From NCBI GenBank assembly GCA_030167865.1, contig JALAGF010005467.1, positions 1 through 64,000 of the forward strand: a stretch of DNA of 64,000 nt, given 5' to 3'. Shown piece after piece: positions 49,185 to 62,279 of the stretch. This DNA is from Craspedostauros australis. Its lineage: Eukaryota. Within the stretch, counting starts at the first letter, position 1. Every line of letters starts with the position of its first letter. The position numbers and the translations under genes are program-made. The notes beneath the pieces were generated by a model. That model saw nothing but the letters and a program-made list of their open reading frames with translations, ran no database searches and was not told where the DNA came from.

Positions 49185-50024
49185 GGTTGTTTCTGTGCTC
49201 GCTGTTGCCGTCGTTGGTCTCGCTGCACTTGTCGGATTCCGAAAACCGTTTCGATGGATCACGTCGTGATGGGCGCAAGATACGGAAAGCAAGTGCCCAA
49301 CGAGTATTGCTGTTACTGTTACTGTCGATGTCGATGCTGCTGTTGATGCTTTGAGATTACCTTGTTGACGTCCTCTACCGCACAATACCATACGCACACA
49401 TCAACCACACACCCGCAGAGAGAGACGCGTGGTATCAATGCTCGTGGAGGACGCATCGATGTCGTCAACTTGTGCAATCATTCGACCGTTTTTCGACTGT
49501 CGCACACACGCACACAAAACAACGAACAACAAAGCCGCGAGATGTTGTGGGCACAAAATCCGCGATGTGTGTCTACGTACGTTAATGACCGTTATAGTTG
49601 CAATTCAAGAAACGAGGACGACAAATCAGTCATGTTTCGTGAATGCGAGATTGCAACAAGGTTGTAGGACTCGTAGAATACCAATTTGAGGCTAGACACA
49701 CGTGCGCGTCAAGGGAGAAGAGCCGAGCTCGTCATTGTTCCTCACTGAGTTTCCTGGACCAGAAAATGCTCGCCAAAGCGAATGCGGGAAGTTGTGCGGT
49801 GCTTCTGTTTCGTCAGAGCAGATTGTCACATGTTGTAGATGCGTGCAAGGCGACAGCAAGGCACGGGAATTCCGCTGAAACTGTCACACGTTCGCATTCG
49901 ACCACTCTGACTAATCATCAACTTCGTACGTGACTTGATTGGAACGACTCAACACTCGGAGTATATCCACAATGATAACGTATATAACCGTTTAATGTTT
50001 GAAATCCGAACACCATGTACCCCG

Positions 50025-50305
50025 TCAACAAACGTTGAAAGTGCTCAACAAACGTTGAAAGTGCTCAACAAACGTTGAAAGTGCTCAACAAACGTTGAAA
50101 GTACTCAACAAACGTTGAAAGTACTGAACAAACGTTGAAAGTACTGAACAAACGTTGAAAGTACTCAACAAACGTTGAAAGTNNNNNNNNNNNNNNNNNN
50201 NNNNNNNNNNNNNNNNNNNNNNNNNNNNNNNNNNNNNNNNNNNNNNNNNNNNNNNNNNNNNNNNNNNNNNNNNNNNNNNNNNNNNNAACAAACGTTGAAA
50301 GTGCT
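50025..50305. repeat. 20-bp minisatellite (TCAACAAACGTTGAAAGTRC)n spanning an N gap (50183-50286)
   Basis: About 8 units before the gap and one after it, in phase with the 20-bp period. Confidence 0.95.
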
Positions 50306-50640
50306 TCGTTGACGAATAACGCTTATAACGTCAATTAAATGGTGAAGATGAAATTCAGCGATGTGGGATTGACAAGATCGACCAAAGGTTAATTGTCCTA
50401 CACACGATTGAATCGTGGACTGACCACGAACATCCGAACACCAGTTTCAGTGGAATTCCCGTGCCTTGCAGACTTTTTGCCAAAGCCGATTCGAGTTGTG
50501 ACGCTGGATGTTCATGTTTTGCATTCGTCATGGGGAACACTGGGACTCCCAGGTACTCTGTTCTACTCCGTGCATACACGAGCACGTACCATACTGTAGT
50601 CTCGTTGGCCTAGCTATGGTTTATGAAGATGCGGATCCGC

Positions 50641-51792
50641 CTATATTGCGGACGTGACGCAAGGGTTGCTCAGCGCTGCCAGTGCGACTGCGCATTCGAT
50701 CGACGGACGCTTGCTCTGTTGAAACCGCACCATGGAAGTTTTCGTGCTTTGGTGCTCGAGGTTGGGTTCGTTGTTGGAGGGTTGATAAGGCCGCCTCTTG
50801 AAACATGACTTTAACGTACCGTTAGATGGTTGCGACTGCGCTAGCATGTTGCCTCCACGAACCCCCAACGAGGGATTGCTAAGTATTCGTGGCGATGCCA
50901 ACGGAGAGGCAACAAACAGCGGTCTTGTGTCAGAGCCTGCCGTGATCACAGCGTCGCTGTTGGCGTTGTTGCTAGGATTGTAGCCGCTGCTTCCGGCGGT
51001 GATGTTGCTGGTGATACTGCTAATGCTGTTCGTGCGTTGGCGGCCATCCATGTTCGCCGTGATGATGATGTTTGGAGCACCGTTTGCACCGGCAAGCTGG
51101 AGTGGTGCGTCCCACGTGCATTCGTACCGCCTGGCCAAGGTCGGCGGCAGTGGTAGCGGCATGCCAACGGGAAGGTGTTGGATGGGAGCCGTGAAGGTGT
51201 TGCCGAAGTTCATGTCGACAGGATGGATCGGCAGTCCCCAAACGGATTGGATGTCGCTGTTGTCGAAGTTGACGCTGTTGCGGTCTTCGTGTCGCTGGTT
51301 TGCGGCAGGAGCACTGTTGTTGTTGTTGTTGCTGTTGTTGTTGATACCTGTGCTACTGTTGCCACGTGGTCTAGCATTGCGTTGTCGGCGCCTGCCTTTG
51401 GTCCCTGCCCCCGCTGCCATCACAGGCGCTGGTGCGAGCGGCGCGAACGGCACCGATTGGTCGCTGATGGATACCTGGCGCCTTCTCTTTGTGACACGTT
51501 CTGATGTTGCCATCGTTGTTGCCGATCTTGGTGGTCCTGCCGTCATGAAATTGTCTCTCCTGTTTGTGTTTGTACTAGCAGCACATGCAACTGGAGCCTC
51601 TCTCTTCATCTGCATCTGCATCTTGGCTTGTTCTGCGCTTCCTCTGTTTATGGGACGAATATTGTTGTTGTTGTTGTTGCTGTTGTTGCTGTCGTTGTTG
51701 TTGTCGATCCGTCTAGGAGATCCGTTGTGATGGGTTTTCTCGGAGTCTTTGGGCATCAACCGACGATCGCAGGCCAATCCACCCATCTTCAT
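50641..51792 (-). CDS. Hypothetical Asn/Ser-rich disordered protein
   Basis: 383-aa ATG ORF with basic clusters and a C-terminal CAVALAALS motif; no domain recognised. Confidence 0.65.
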   Translation of the reverse strand: MKMGGLACDRRLMPKDSEKTHHNGSPRRIDNNNDSNNSNNNNNNIRPINRGSAEQAKMQMQMKREAPVACAASTNTNRRDNFMTAGPPRSATTMATSERVTKRRRQVSISDQSVPFAPLAPAPVMAAGAGTKGRRRQRNARPRGNSSTGINNNSNNNNNSAPAANQRHEDRNSVNFDNSDIQSVWGLPIHPVDMNFGNTFTAPIQHLPVGMPLPLPPTLARRYECTWDAPLQLAGANGAPNIIITANMDGRQRTNSISSITSNITAGSSGYNPSNNANSDAVITAGSDTRPLFVASPLASPRILSNPSLGVRGGNMLAQSQPSNGTLKSCFKRRPYQPSNNEPNLEHQSTKTSMVRFQQSKRPSIECAVALAALSNPCVTSAI

Positions 51793-53289
51793 TCTTCTTT
51801 GTTCTGTCGTCGTCTGAGAGCGATGTCAGCTCGGAGGAGGAGTTCCCTTTGCCTCTGCTTTCTGTTTTCTGCTGCCGGTGTTTTGTATGATGCCCGCAAC
51901 TGGAGTTCGAAGGTTCTTTTGGGCGCCACAATTTGGAACTCGATTGTGGACGTGGTGGAGGTTGTTGATGTGGTTGACGCGGTTGATGTGATGGACGTTG
52001 GGATGGGTATGTGGCGATGTTGACGTTGACGTTGTTGCAGATGTTGTTGCGGTTGTAGTTGCGGTTGTTGACGAAGAGGCGCCCTCACAAAGGGTTGCCT
52101 GGATGGATCCTTTTATACCTTCCTATCTCATGGAAGTTTGTGGGCGGTGATGGAGATGTGTTGTGTGCCGTTGTTGGGCCCTTGCATTTGTTCCAAAGCA
52201 GAAGCGGCAGTTCTCCCTCGCTGGGACCAACATAGCATCGGATTGAACATCACGTGTCCCAAGAGGAGAGAGAGAGGCCACAATCGCTGCAACACCGGCA
52301 CCAACACCAACACTCTGCTCAGCTCTCCGGACATGTACGACTATCATACATAGCATCACCACAGTCATCATTGCGCACTGCCTCTTGTCTCTTCTTTCCA
52401 ATGGCGCCTCACTTCCGCTTCCGCTCTCTCACCTCTTGCTTCTCCTGCTTCCGGTGATCAGATCGAAGTCGGATGTTGCACTTTCGGTCACAAACGACCT
52501 TCGCTCACATTTTGGGAAAACGCTGAAGTGACATCAAGAACGTCCCACGGCGATTCAACGCAGTCCACCTTTTCACTCGTTGGCTCTGCGCAAGAAGAGA
52601 GAGGACAAACTTCTTGACCCAATTTTGTTCGGTTCAGTTCTTCAGCTCGGAAGTTGAGCAATTGTTCGCTTTCACTTCTCCCTAAATGACCAATGATTCT
52701 CGGAAGATGTGATTGCGATCCGTGATCACATCCCCACGGAGGTCACAGCAAAGAGGTGACGTCATGATGAGAACAATGAGTCGTGTACATATTGGTCAAT
52801 TTAGTCAAAGGCCTATATTGGTCGATTGAGTCGCAATAGTGTCATTCCACCAACCAATTCGCTCGGGCGAAAGGAAAGAAGAAGAAAAGCACAAAGAATC
52901 AATCAAAGCGAAGCCATCAAAATCAAACAGAGAAAGATCGCGACGTCTCGCAGCACAGAAACCACCAGACACATCAACGATAGCACTGTCCGTACCAGAG
53001 TGCGAGAAGTGGAGTGGAGGTCTCCGACCAATAGCATCACCAACAGCACCAACAGCCATACCAGCACTCCGACAGCACTGTCGCCCATTTGGTCAGGCGA
53101 TTACTCCACCAAACCTATTATAATAGAATACCATATAGAATACCATACATCACAACTCTGAGCGCAACCGTATCAGTGGTCGCGAACTAGTCGATAGAGG
53201 AGTCCGTGTCTCAAAAGCTCCACAGAGCACACCACTCGACCATCCGACACCCAATTCCGAGCCATCAACTGCCACCACCTGCCATCAAC

Positions 53290-55944
53290 ATGAAAGGACA
53301 AGCACCAGTCGTGCTGGTGGCCTTGGCCGTCGGCATCACCAATGCTTTTGTCGCCGATGCATTCATCACCTCTCCATTTGTCAACATCCCGCGCGGATCT
53401 TCGATTTCCATTCATGAGGAAGGGCAGCGTGACATGGGCATCCGGCCATGGATGATGCGACGACTCGATACCATTACTCGTTGCAACAGCCATCAGATCA
53501 GCAATCAGAAAATCTACAACGGCAATAACCTGCCAATGGTAGCGCTGTCGGCAACCAGATCGACAAAGAACGAGGAAGATCAAAGTGCCACCATCGACAT
53601 TCCTACCAATGTCGATGCCGATCTCGATCGCAGTACCAATGTGAGCGGCGACAAGGAGGCACCACAGATCCAAGATGCTGTTACCGATGCCAGCAACGAC
53701 AACAACGACGACGATGATGCACAAATGGATGACGAAGAGCTGTTGCGCGAGGCCACGATCGAAATGTTGCAGGATCTGTGCGATCAGTTCCGACTGTCGA
53801 AGGATGGATCCAAGCCGGTCCTATTGCAACGCCTCCGAGATTTCGCGGAAGAAAAAGCAGAGCAGGAGCGTCAGAATCTTCTCGAGCGCAAGAAACGCGT
53901 GGAAGAGGGTACAGGCAATGAGAAGGAACGATACGAGATTGTGGAGAGTGGTAGCAAGCCATTAGATGACGATGCGATGGAAGACGAGGCGGAGGTCGGG
54001 TTCTTCTATTATCAGAGCCCTCAGGTGGACGAGTCAAACTCAAAGAATAAAACCGTGACTTCCACAAAGTCAGGAGATGGCGAAGAGACGTCAGTGTCCA
54101 CCGATGTGCAAGCTACGGATAAAGACGACGATGACGCTGCAGATGAAGACGACGACGAGGATGATGACGAGGATGATGGCGATGATGACGATGCAACACC
54201 TCACATAACCGCCGAAACCAAATGGGCGGTCATGGAGAGAGACAACTACAAGAAGTACCCGACGATGCCTCCGCCGCCAGACATTGAACCAAACGAGAAG
54301 GGAGAACGAGTTGTGACCGTGTACTCCACCACGGACATAAATGACTTGACGGGCGTTGCTGCAGCCCAACCAGGGCAGATCGGAAACATGGATCCCATGG
54401 TGGCTGGAGGTGACGATGCGCAGAGAAGCGCGTGGGATACGAGCGCAGGCGCCGCGGGGGCCCAGACCAAGGGCGCGCACACGGATTCGCAGCTCGATGA
54501 GGCCAAGGAGAAGGTTGCGGAGCTTGTGTCCGCGCTGCTGACCATGACGGGTGCTCCTGGATTCCTGCAAGACCCGGATGAACTCTCCATGATGGGAGTG
54601 ATGCGCCGTTCCAAGTACACATCGCCGGACGGATACAAAGGTTTCGATCCCCGGGAGGTATCCAGCGACGACCTCAGCGCCACGTCTCGCTTCTTGAGAG
54701 CGGGCCGCGGTCAGGTTCTGGGATCTGTGATGGACGAATTCGAACTGCGCGCCGTGGGATACGACGGTCCGGCAGGTGACGACAAGAGGAAGGGCGGCGG
54801 GCATTACCGAGAGGCTATCAAGGTTCGAACATTCCTTGAAGGATACCGCAAGGCCGAAGTTGGTCGCATCGCCCGTGAGACGGTGACGATGCTGCTGGAC
54901 AAGATGGCGTCGGAGGGGATCGAAGAATGGGACATCACTCTCTCCAGCATGACTAGAAGCAGCGATGACACCAGCGATGATGGTGGTGAATTGAACGATT
55001 CTCTCATCGATTACTTGACCGACGCCATTCGTCAGCAGGAGAAGAAGGTGGAGAGGATCGCAAAAGGCCGCAAGAACATCCCACCACCCGAGCAACATGA
55101 AGACACCAAGGTTGCTGAGGTTGCCAATGCCACAGGCGATGCTTCCGACAAGGCGCCAGCCCCAGGCGAGGAAGATCGCTTGCAGGAGCTGTGGAAGACG
55201 GAGACACATGATGGGGAGAAGGTCGAGACCTTCGATCCCAACAATCCGGCTGCTAAGCGCATTCTGGAGGAGGAGCTCAAGAAGTCCCAAAACGAAGTCA
55301 TCCAACCACCCATTCCAACGTCGGCAGAGGAGAAGCTGCTCTTGTTGCTCAAGGTGTTGAAGGAACGCATTCAAGTCGAGGCCGCGTTCGGCTTTGATGA
55401 AAAGTCCAGGAACCTGCGCGTGCTGTCGTACTGCTGTCAGCTTCCGACCAACGCGCTGCGCACGGAGCTTATTTTGAAGGAGTTTGGGACGTCCCTGAAT
55501 GTGAGTACGAGCATCTATCTACGCATGATATCATTGTCTACAACGTTCGTGATGATGATGATGATGATGATGATGTGTCTGATTCTGTTACACCTTTCGC
55601 TCTCTGACTGTCAACATGTTGCTCTGGGTTCTCACGTATTATTCCACTTCCAACCTCGTCTCATTTCGCTTTCTCCATCACTATCGCAACAATGACAACG
55701 ATGATGACAACGACTGCAACGAATGGCAATACTCTCAATGTACCATATTGTCATGGTTTGACAGCGCTTGGACTCCTTCGTCGAGCTCATCTCGAGTTCC
55801 GTGGAGTACGTGGAGAGCACTTCGTACCAGCTGAAACCGGGAGGGGACACGAAGTTGAACCCGCGCATGCTCAAAAGCATCCTGGAATTGGCGGCGGAGG
55901 TCCGGGAGAGTCAGAGTTTGAAGGCAGCCGCAGCACAGCGTTGA
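53290..55944 (+). CDS. Probable plastid-targeted SAP-domain protein; 2 exons
   Basis: Signal peptide ..GITNA-FV; SAP motif ATIEMLQDLCDQFRLSKDGSKPVLLQRL. Exons 53290-55500 and 55765-55944. Confidence 0.8.
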
Positions 55945-56511
55945 GGTGTGCAGCGTGATGCAAGCAATGCAATGAAGCACAAAGCACAACAGAACAGGAG
56001 TAGGAAATGGTAGCACTGTAGGAACAACAAGACGTCCACTAACGGTTTTAGGGAAGATACCTTGAAGAATTCTTCAATGAACTGGAGTCGTTCCCCTCAT
56101 GTTGGATTGTTTCACATATTATGATTAGCATCGCACAGTTGTTGGCGATAACATCGTGTAAATTGAAGAGACACTTTTACTGCGCCGTTCATATCCGCAT
56201 TGCGCAGGTAACAAATACAATCAAGATTTACTTTTAATATCTCATGGTCGTAGTAGTAAGATGTACATTGCGAAGTTCCATCCATGGCGTTTCTGTGAAG
56301 CGCGTTTGTTTTCCGCTTCCACCCTATCCATACAACGGATATGTGTTGTGGATTGCTTCGTTTGGTTGTGTTGTGTTGAACTGAGCGTTACACAGAGTGG
56401 GACTTGTCCCTACTCCATTCCATTGGTCTGCGCTCCCATTCCAACAAGCGTGCGCGGTAGGGGGCATCATTGACACCACACCCGATCGCGTATCCATCGT
56501 CAGCGGACTGA

Positions 56512-57224
56512 TTATGGGTTCTGCTTGGTCTCGGCCTTGACTGGGACCTTGGCCTTGACCTTCTCAACCTTCTCGACGCCCTCTGGCTTGTCGACAGGTC
56601 TGGACAGGACCATGAGCAGTGTTCCAGTGTTGTACTTCATTCCTCCCTTGACACTGTCGTGGATGACGTTCATGAGGTCGACCCAATGCTTCTCATCCTC
56701 ACGGGTCATGCGGGCATATCCCTTGTTGGAGATGTAGTTGAATGCCTGTTCGTTGGATGCATCGATGTTCAGCAGAGCAGTGGAGTTCGTTAACAGTGCA
56801 TGGAAGGTGGGGAGTGGGTGAGAAGTTTGCGCTTGCGTGGTGGTGGTAGATACAGCAGCGGCATTTGTTTGTTTGTGCAAGCCAACGCATGCATGCCCAT
56901 GATAGAACGCCATGCCGCTACGCCTCTTAATCCAAGATCATCATCTGATCCCATGGGCTTGCTGAACTGCAGTTGACTCCATTGGCGACTGCTGACTGTT
57001 CAGCACATCATCAGTGTCGTCGCCAGCATTGTCATTGCCACCACGCGAAGCGCCACACATGCTACGCAACTCACCTCCTCGAAGAAGTCGAAGTAGACGC
57101 GGTTTCCTTGCTCCTCGCGAACGAGGAAGTCACCCTTTTCAAATCCGGCAGAGATGGTAGCGATGTTCATTGGAGTGATTTCTGGAGCGGCAACGATGGC
57201 TTCCTCTGGTTGTGCACTCGACAT
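56512..57224 (-). CDS. Small hypothetical protein; 2 exons
   Basis: Exons 57224-57075 and 56745-56512 join as YFDFFEE|AFNYISNKGY via GTGAGT..AACAG. Confidence 0.7.
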
Positions 57225-58028
57225 TGACTGGTGGTGGTGATGCTAAGATCTGGTATTTTATGTGGACGTCAGGCAACAGTGCTGGCGATGATGGTGCTGT
57301 TGCTGTTGTTGTCGCTGTTGGTGGTGGTGACTGTGGTGGTGTTGACGGTAACGACTGTGGCGACTGTGGTGGTGTTGACGGTGATCTGGCGCGAGCGCGA
57401 GTGCAAGTCCGCGAGGTTGTTTGGCGAGTGTTGTTTCGCGACATGGAGGGTGAGTCTCTTTTCCAAATTCGCAGACGATTGGTAGATGACCGTTGGGATT
57501 CACGCGCATTTAATTGTGTTCGGGCACGCTCGTGTTCCTGACTTTTAACAGCTCTTTTTTACCATTTCTTCATTCATGAATAAAGTATAAATCGCCAGCT
57601 ACGTATAACCAAGGTTCTTAGGACTAGCCTCATTCGTAGATTGGCAGAACACGGACTGGAGATTTGCCTTCGCTTGGTGGCCAGCACAAGATGGATGTTG
57701 ATGGCGTTGCAGGAGAGAGTGAAGATCTCTGTTGAACAGGCTAGAGTAGAGCAGAGTTGCATTGATCCACGACCACCATGCCATAATAATATTAGATAGC
57801 ACCAACCAAGTGTGAATGTTGTTTAGAGTTAGAGTAGGCTTCCTCTCTCTCTAGAGAGAAAGTGAACTGAGAGCGAGTGTTGACCTTGGATTTGAATCGT
57901 CAGCATTCATCGGACGTGCGCCATCAAACAAAGTGTTGAAGACGAATGTCAAAGTCTGGATGGCTGGACTGTGCCATACCAAACTCCAGACAGATAATAC
58001 TATGGTATGGTAGGACTTCTATGATACC

Positions 58029-59054
58029 TTAAAGCTCGCGTGGTGGTGGCAAATCGACCTCCTCGAGCCATGTTTGAAGAGCAGCCTCGACCTTTGGGAA
58101 TGCATCGGATGCAACCGCGCCTCCCTTCTTCTTCAGTAGCTTTTGGTAGGCATCCACTTCGACCACGAATGCTTTCCATTTCTGATGAACGTTATGGTGA
58201 GTTGATGACGAAGAGCAACGAGTTTAGTTGAGTGCGACAAGCAAGCAGAGTGTTGGTGAGGAAATGTTTGTCATGTATTGCAGTGATGACGGCGTGCGAA
58301 GATCGTGCATCTTCAGCACTCGCTGGTGTGTAAACAGGGTGGGCACACACTTCCACATTGCACCATACTCTTGCACTCCCATTTGGAACCAACGCCACCA
58401 CGATCGTAACGATAGAAACGCACAACAAGACTAAAGAAACACGCATTGAGCCAATCCGTGTTGTCCTGCACTTCTCTCCGAAGCAAATTCGCCATTCACT
58501 CTGCACACGAATAACGAATAACGAACAACCAACTATTGCACTCCGCTCACCTTGACGGCCGGCAAGGAATCCGGCGCAGTCGTGGAATTGCGTCGGAAGG
58601 CATTGGACAGCAAGTATCCTGCCGTCGTGATGTCCTTCCATGTTCCAGTTTCGTCACCGCTGAAGTAGGCCTTGGCAGGACCGGAATCGCCGCCTTCAAG
58701 TGCGGTCTGCGCGACGATCAAGGCCTGGATGGATTTGGTGACGCGCTCGTTGTATCGTTGCTTGGCAGACAGCAGGTAGGCTCCGCCGGCCGTGGCACCA
58801 CCGGAAGCCGATGCGACAGGGGCGTCCGAGAGCAGTGTCGTTGATGTGGCGGTGGCAATGGCCGATGCCAAGAACGCATTCTTCAAGAATTGACGTCGGT
58901 TTGGTGCGTCTTCCGCGCCATCATGGCTGTTGGAGGTAACAGCTACACTCACTCTCTGCGATCGTTGCGCTGTGCTGAGTGGCTGGGGCGCGAAGGCGCT
59001 CGTTTGGCTTAGAACGCAAGCGAGCGCGAGAAGAGTGATGGCAGCGAGATTCAT
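58029..59054 (-). CDS. Thylakoid-lumen protein, PsbQ/Psb31-like helical bundle; 2 exons
   Basis: Presequence: signal peptide SAFAP, twin-arginine NRRQFL, ASA cleavage. Exons 59054-58551 and 58181-58029 (KWKAFVVEVDAYQKLLKKK..WLEEVDLP). Family label tentative. Confidence 0.75.
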
Positions 59055-59894
59055 GATGTCGTTCGTCTTGCAGCGTTGAATGGGAAGAAGGTGTATGCAG
59101 TGGTCGGTGGTTGACAGACTTCCTGTTGGCATCACAAATTGTGCTGATGTTGTGTGGTTGGTAGGAATAGATCGTAGCTCGTGGGGTAGGTGCGATGTGA
59201 TGTTTCCTCCAGTAGTCGTATGCGAATAGACGGCGGCACAGATCGTGGTGGTGGCAATGGCGTTGATGTCAGCTGATGGGGGTTTGGGTTGTTGACGTTG
59301 ATCGTATCTTTGTTGACACCAGCCAAGATACCAACAGCAACATCGGAATGACTCAGCGGACCGCGAATCTTGATTTGGATGAGAAGTATTCTCGTGCGTG
59401 ATCCCATACTCGTAGACTGATGTTTGGAGCAAGAGGCCAGAGAGTTGAGTTGGGCAGACAGCCAAGGCATCTCTACCAAGAGCCTACGCTGGGGATGGCT
59501 AGCCTCCGCCCCAGAGCCAACTCTTACGTCTCCCTATTTCTACTGCAGCAGCGAAACAATATCTCCGCCGTCGCCGGCGCCCCATAACTTATATGGTATG
59601 CTCCAACGTGTTGCTGAGGACCCCATGCTGTCGCCAACTGGTCTTGCTCTTGTTGGTATGGTACCTAATTTTAAATCTACATCGGCGCCATTCGTCCCAT
59701 GTGCCAATCGCTTCTCTTCACCTCACCCTCTTGAAGGTCCGAGGTCAAGCCAGTCCATTCCAGTCCAATTCAATTCCATCCAACTGGCTCCAACCAAGAT
59801 GCTATCGCAATTTGAGCGCACGTGTATGCAACACCAATTCGCCACTAAAAATCGGACGAGTGCACGAATGCGCGATATCCCCCTCCCCTTTCAG

Positions 59895-60794
59895 TTAATG
59901 GCTTGATGCAAACTTGGATGCGAAATGCTCCTCGAATGCAGTCAAGGCCTTGCCCAAATCGCGATCCAACACCTTCTGGATGGATGCCCCTCCGCTCTCC
60001 TCCGCCTTCTCTTTGTTGGTTGGAAGGATGCGCAGCAGGAAGGCGGGGAAATTGATGCTGACAACGAGCTCGACGTCACTTTCAAATCGAATCTTGTCAT
60101 CTTCGATGATGGGTTGGAATCTGTTCAACGACATCGTCTTGGTTTGTCCTTCTCCTTCGTCATCGGCGTCGGCGTCCGCGCTTTGCTTGTTGGCACCCGA
60201 GAGCTTGTTGTAAACCCACACGACGGGCGGCAATCCGGAGACGGAGGACTCATCATTGATCATGGTGAACTCGTAGCTGACCAATCCGTTGTCCGCATTC
60301 GGGATGATCTTGGCGCCAATGTTGGCGGTCGATTTGAGGTGCAATCCGGGAAAGTCGACACCGCTCGTCGTGACATTGTAGATAACGTCGGCGTCGGTGG
60401 GAGCGGTGGCACCCGACTCTTCACATTCGGACTGCCACATCTTGAGGAGATCGTCGCTTGTGGGTTGCGGATAGATGGGCAGATCCTTGCCACCGGAGAG
60501 AAGCAGCTGGATGGTATCGTCGTCGTCGAGGAATTCCTGGATCTGCTCCATCTTGATGGATTCCAGCGGGAATTCCTTCGATGTGATCTGGGTCTTGCCC
60601 TGCAGCTTGAGGGTGGCCGTCTTGGACTTCGTCGCTGTGACCGTCGACGCGTCTGTAGCGGTCTCAGCCTGCGACGAGTGGATGGTCAAGGCGCCAGGCA
60701 ACATCGTCCTTTGTTGCAATGCGGGCACCGAACCCACTTGGAACGACGCTGCCATCGTCATTGCCGACATAGCGATCAGCACTTTGGTTTTCAT
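59895..60794 (-). CDS. Probable plastid-targeted protein of unknown function (DUF1997-like)
   Basis: Presequence MAA-SFQV. C-terminal SINFPAFLLRILP..EESGGASIQKVL resembles DUF1997; tentative. Confidence 0.65.
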   Translation of the reverse strand: MKTKVLIAMSAMTMAASFQVGSVPALQQRTMLPGALTIHSSQAETATDASTVTATKSKTATLKLQGKTQITSKEFPLESIKMEQIQEFLDDDDTIQLLLSGGKDLPIYPQPTSDDLLKMWQSECEESGATAPTDADVIYNVTTSGVDFPGLHLKSTANIGAKIIPNADNGLVSYEFTMINDESSVSGLPPVVWVYNKLSGANKQSADADADDEGEGQTKTMSLNRFQPIIEDDKIRFESDVELVVSINFPAFLLRILPTNKEKAEESGGASIQKVLDRDLGKALTAFEEHFASKFASSH

Positions 60795-61364
60795 GTTACG
60801 GGCGCAGTTGGGGCTCATGATGTTCTTGCAGTTGCTGTCTGTTGCTGTCTGTTGCTGTCTGTTGCTATTGGTTGGCAATGCCCGTTGAGGAATGCAGTTG
60901 TTTGGGTTGTGGAATTATGAGCATCGCAGCCAGAACCTGGAGAAACCATGAGAACAGTGCACACGCGTTTGTTCGGAGAAGGTGTGGGGAGGAAGTGTTC
61001 ACCACGATCTTCTCTCCTCGCGTCATCGTCTGCATCTGTCACTTTCTTCACTTCGCCACAAGTTGTCCAAAGGGGATTGACGATTTGTGCATGCAGAATT
61101 AGTATCGTGATTGAAAGCATCTCATGACTCGAACTGTTGGTCGTGAATTAGGCATGAATCGGAGAATCTTGTATTTTGATCAACCTTGGAGCTAGTCTTC
61201 CTGTCCAATCCTGGATCTCCCACCAACCAACAAAGAGAAACCGAAGTCAACAGCATTCGACATCGCTCAACACCATCCCCATCCACATCGAAGAACACGC
61301 ACGCGCTCATACTCATACTCATACTCTTGCTCATACTGGTAATCACAGCACACAGCACAAAATC

Positions 61365-62279
61365 ATGGGAAAACAGAAACGAAACGGCAAACGATCGAAC
61401 CACCGTGGTGGTGGCAGCAACAAGCAGCACGCCCGCCATGGCGGTGTCATGGACATCGCCGACGACGACGTGCGACGACGCAACAACGTCGGCGAACTGC
61501 AATGCACCGAGATCGACGCCGATCTGAATAATCCCCTGGAGGGCCTGAAGCTGCGCATGTGGGACTTTGCGCAGTGCGATCCCAAGCGATGCACGGGCGC
61601 GCGGTTGGCGCGACGCGGCGTCTTTCAGAGGATGCCGTTGAAGCAGCCGTTTCGCGGCATCGTGCTGAGTCCGGAAGGCAAGGTCGCCGTGAGTCCGTCC
61701 GATACGGAGATCCTGGAACGCAGCGGCATGTCTCTCATCGACTGTTCGTGGGCGCGGTTGCAGGAGATACCGTTCCGTCAGATGCAGGCGGGGCATCACC
61801 GGCTGCTGCCCTTCATGGTGGCGGCCAACAACGTCAATTACGGTCGGCCCGGCAAGCTCAGTTGCGCGGAGGCCGCGGCAGCGACGCTGTACATCTGTGG
61901 CAAGCAGGAGGCGGCGAGGGCACTGCTGGAGGAGTTTTCGTGGGGTGAGGAATTCTTCAAGCTCAATAGTCCGGTCCTGGATCTGTATGCATCGTGCGAT
62001 GGTCCGGAGGATGTCGTGACGAAGCAGAATGAATGGCTGCAGGAGGCGCAACGGGAAACCAAGACGGTATCCACGGATCCCAACCATGGTGTGCCCGGTG
62101 AGCTACCTCCGACGGATGATGATCTCGATAACGGTGGCGGATACGATGAATACGGAGAGTACGGCGAATACGTGGAATCAGAGGAGGAGATGGAGCTGGA
62201 CAAGTTTGGCAACTTCGTTGTCAAGTCAAAAGCGGAACCCACCGATGCAGAAGAAGACGCAGCTAACGGAGAGCAGTAG
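61365..62279 (+). CDS. TSR3: 18S rRNA aminocarboxypropyltransferase
   Basis: MWDFAQCDPKRCTG, LIDCSW, RLLPFMVAANNVNYGRPGKLSCAEA, FSWGEEFFKLN. Confidence 0.96.
   Translation: MGKQKRNGKRSNHRGGGSNKQHARHGGVMDIADDDVRRRNNVGELQCTEIDADLNNPLEGLKLRMWDFAQCDPKRCTGARLARRGVFQRMPLKQPFRGIVLSPEGKVAVSPSDTEILERSGMSLIDCSWARLQEIPFRQMQAGHHRLLPFMVAANNVNYGRPGKLSCAEAAAATLYICGKQEAARALLEEFSWGEEFFKLNSPVLDLYASCDGPEDVVTKQNEWLQEAQRETKTVSTDPNHGVPGELPPTDDDLDNGGGYDEYGEYGEYVESEEEMELDKFGNFVVKSKAEPTDAEEDAANGEQ

Noticed and set aside
50025..50305. CRISPR array
   Set aside because: Units are contiguous with no unique spacers, no cas genes are present, and the context is eukaryotic.
52757..52764. TGACGTCA palindrome (also at 38271) as a bZIP/aureochrome site
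   Set aside because: An isolated 8-mer is expected by chance in 64 kb and has no supporting context.
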